A stretch of DNA of 61,215 nt, filler included, from Aduncisulcus paluster (lineage: Eukaryota), in assembly GCA_024181965.1 (NCBI GenBank). It is 8 parts of 8 records of this genome, joined end to end, with 100 filler letters (N's around TTAATTAATTAA, not from the genome) between each part and the next. Parts side by side here need not be neighbours in the genome. Positions count along the whole stretch, not along the records: positions 57,039 to 61,215 come from BQXS01011192.1; 7 more parts are not named here. One strand, given 5' to 3'. Below the pieces are notes generated by a model, which did not search any database, was not told the origin of the DNA, and saw only the letters and a list, made by a program, of their open reading frames with translations. Positions 59,029 through 61,215 of the stretch are shown piece after piece. Within the stretch, counting starts at the first letter, position 1. Each line of letters opens with the position of its first letter. The position numbers and the translations under genes were made by a program.

Positions 59029-59112
59029 CTCTCTCATACTATGACTGTTCTCTCTCATACTATGACTGTTCTCTCTCATACTATGACTGTTCTCTCTCAT
59101 ACTATGACTGTT
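59029..59112 (+). repeat. Minisatellite, 4 x 21 bp (CTCTCTCATACTATGACTGTT)
   Basis: Visible directly; contiguous units with no spacers. Confidence 0.93.
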
Positions 59113-60529
59113 CTGTACAGTATAGTACAGTTCAGTAAAAAGGCTTCCTCTTCTTCCATTTACTTGGTTTTTATTATCTCCTTTTCTATTCCTTATTTTA
59201 CTTCACTAAAAAGTAGTAGAACTATTGTCACGAATTCTCTTCTGTATACGTTTCCTTCAGTTCCGTCTTGTTTCCTTCAATCATGTACTATCTTTCAGAG
59301 TGGTACAGTACAGTATTGTACTATACATATCTTTCAGAGTGGACTGACAATGACTGAAGTATGTTTGTCTATATCATTTCCATCCAGTATATACAATAGA
59401 CTACTATATACAGTACAGTAGTGATGAGTGTGTGAATAGTTTATATAAATATATATAATACTAAATAATAATATGTGTTAATTCATCTTTTATTTACTTT
59501 GTACTTGTTTTTTATTGGTATTTACCCCTTTTTTCGCCCTTATTCACGACTATTTTTCTATATCTATATTGCACGTCAATACATTTGGATCTATTTATAG
59601 ACACTTTCTTATTCACCCCCCCTTTTTTTTCTCCGTATTTATTTATTTTCTTTTATTATTACTTCCTCTCTTCTTCTTCTTCTTTTCTTTTCTCTTTTAT
59701 TGAGGGTACTGTTCGATGGCGTCGTTCTGGAGTATTTTATTTGGATTTATTGATTTCTCTGCCATTTTCTAACACTATTATTTATTTATATTTATATTAT
59801 TATTACGGTCGGCTATACCGTATTATACGATCAAGAGTATCCGATACTCTTCATGAGTCATGAATTTTAGTGTGAGATTCTCATTAATCTATTTTTAGAA
59901 CTCCGACTGACACCCGTTTATTTTTGCAAATAAATTGAATGGATCATCCAAGTCTTCATAGAAGATGACATATTACTAATATGCATGTTAGCCTTTAAGT
60001 ACAATTCGATACGCCTCGGGGCCTCCAAGGTTTGGACTCCAAGGCTTCCTCGGAAAGGAAAAGAAATATATTTATGAGACTCAGGGTGCAGCAAAAAGAA
60101 GAGAAGAGTCACAGAGACGAATGGGCAAAGGGCAGTTGTTTCACATTTCCGAAGGATGGTAATCATTATTATAGCGACTCTCATTGTACTATACTGTACT
60201 ATTGTAGCAATCTGTTTATTTGATTCCTAATCGATTAGTATATATATAATAATCATTAATTTGCTTTATCATTGATGAAAGTGTAGTCTTTAATGCTCAA
60301 TTGTTGTTTAGTTTTCGTTCATTCCATAAGCTTCTCTTTGATCTGTATAGAGATCTAGTTTTCTACTTGGTGGATGTCTGATACAAGTTCTTCCGAAGAG
60401 TAATCTATATTTAGAACACCGAGTCGAATCAATGAATTGATAATCTTTGAATGTTATCACTAGTTGAAATATCTATAGGTCTAAATTGATCTAAATCGCC
60501 AATTGTTTGTCTTCGGATCATCATTATCA

Positions 60530-61213
60530 TCATAGACCGTATCTTTTGGCAGCATTCGAACTGACAACATCCACAAAACGTGCAGGATTCAAGTGGAGGA
60601 AAGAGTAGATTCCGATGAAACGATATTGAATGCCTCCAACACCTCCTGGCATTGTGTAGAATGGAGGATGGTCGGTATCGGCACTCCACACGACCCCAGT
60701 ATCAGAATCGGTGTGAGAAGAATCGGTATGAGAAGATTCATCACCGAGGTGGCAGCGAGATGAGGATGAAATAATTGTCGAATAAGCACGAGAGAGACGC
60801 TTTGCACGGGTAGCCTTACCAAACCGTTGCGGATGAGTAAAAGGGCAGTGATCAGTGACAACGAACACATCTTTCCCGCGTGGATCGCTTGGATTGCATA
60901 GAATTCCCTTGAGGTGAAGAGCATCAGACAGAGGGCGGAGAGGAGGAGACATGGAGTGGCATGCGGAACGAATGAAATCGTCTTCACCTGAAGAACGGGA
61001 CTCATCCAGCAAGAGATGATGCAGACACACTTCCCACGTGCACCCATACTCATGAGCAATGGTACTGCCACGATCAGTGCTAATGTGGACAATGTGACCA
61101 TCACAATCCGTGTGCTGAGCAATTGTACCGAATGCATGGATGGCCAGTTCTTCTCCAATGGCTGGGTGGCAGCCACAGTGGTGTTTGGGATGGGATAACC
61201 CTTTGGATTTGAC
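60530..61213 (-). CDS. Dihydropyrimidinase/hydantoinase-like cyclic amidohydrolase, 5'-partial, C-terminus apparently truncated
   Basis: The frame is open from the window edge: HPAIGEELA, IVHIST, EVCLHHLLLD, MSPPLRP, DTDHPPF, GGVGGIQYR, RFVDVVSSNAAKRYGL*. Confidence 0.8.
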   Translation of the reverse strand, partial: VKSKGLSHPKHHCGCHPAIGEELAIHAFGTIAQHTDCDGHIVHISTDRGSTIAHEYGCTWEVCLHHLLLDESRSSGEDDFIRSACHSMSPPLRPLSDALHLKGILCNPSDPRGKDVFVVTDHCPFTHPQRFGKATRAKRLSRAYSTIISSSSRCHLGDESSHTDSSHTDSDTGVVWSADTDHPPFYTMPGGVGGIQYRFIGIYSFLHLNPARFVDVVSSNAAKRYGL

Positions 61214-61215
61214 CT

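Noticed and set aside
59029-59112. 21-bp repeats here and at 26160..26220 as CRISPR arrays
   Set aside because: Contiguous units without unique spacers, no cas genes, eukaryotic context.

Overview
This is eukaryotic (protist) draft-genome sequence. It consists of eight unrelated scaffolds joined by artificial 100-nt N/TTAATTAATTAA linkers, so gene neighbourhood across linkers is meaningless. Gene-dense AT-rich DNA, rare short GTATG..AG introns, Ser-rich expanded proteins and LRR/EGF surface proteins suggest a free-living flagellate, possibly a fornicate metamonad; this is inference only. Genes recognised by motif (no searches run): TBCB, TRM5, an Snf7/CHMP6-like ESCRT-III subunit, a Ser/Thr kinase, a ~4,280-aa SAPS/PP6R-like protein, SPB1/FTSJ3, an SPAG17/PF6-like protein, an LRR-EGF surface protein, a GGA/FxxN beta-helix surface protein, CYFIP, SAS6-like, Rogdi-like, a Rab5-family GTPase and a dihydropyrimidinase-like amidohydrolase. 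Main oddities: scaffold 1 closes on itself as a 3,568-bp circle or tandem unit carrying three intact housekeeping genes; there are many short head-to-tail duplications, some with microhomology junctions; one gene needs two +1 shifts in front of poly-Ser tracts; and a gene-free scaffold carries a CGGAGTAAC motif array and possible TE relics. Assembly or library artefact remains a serious alternative for the structural oddities.
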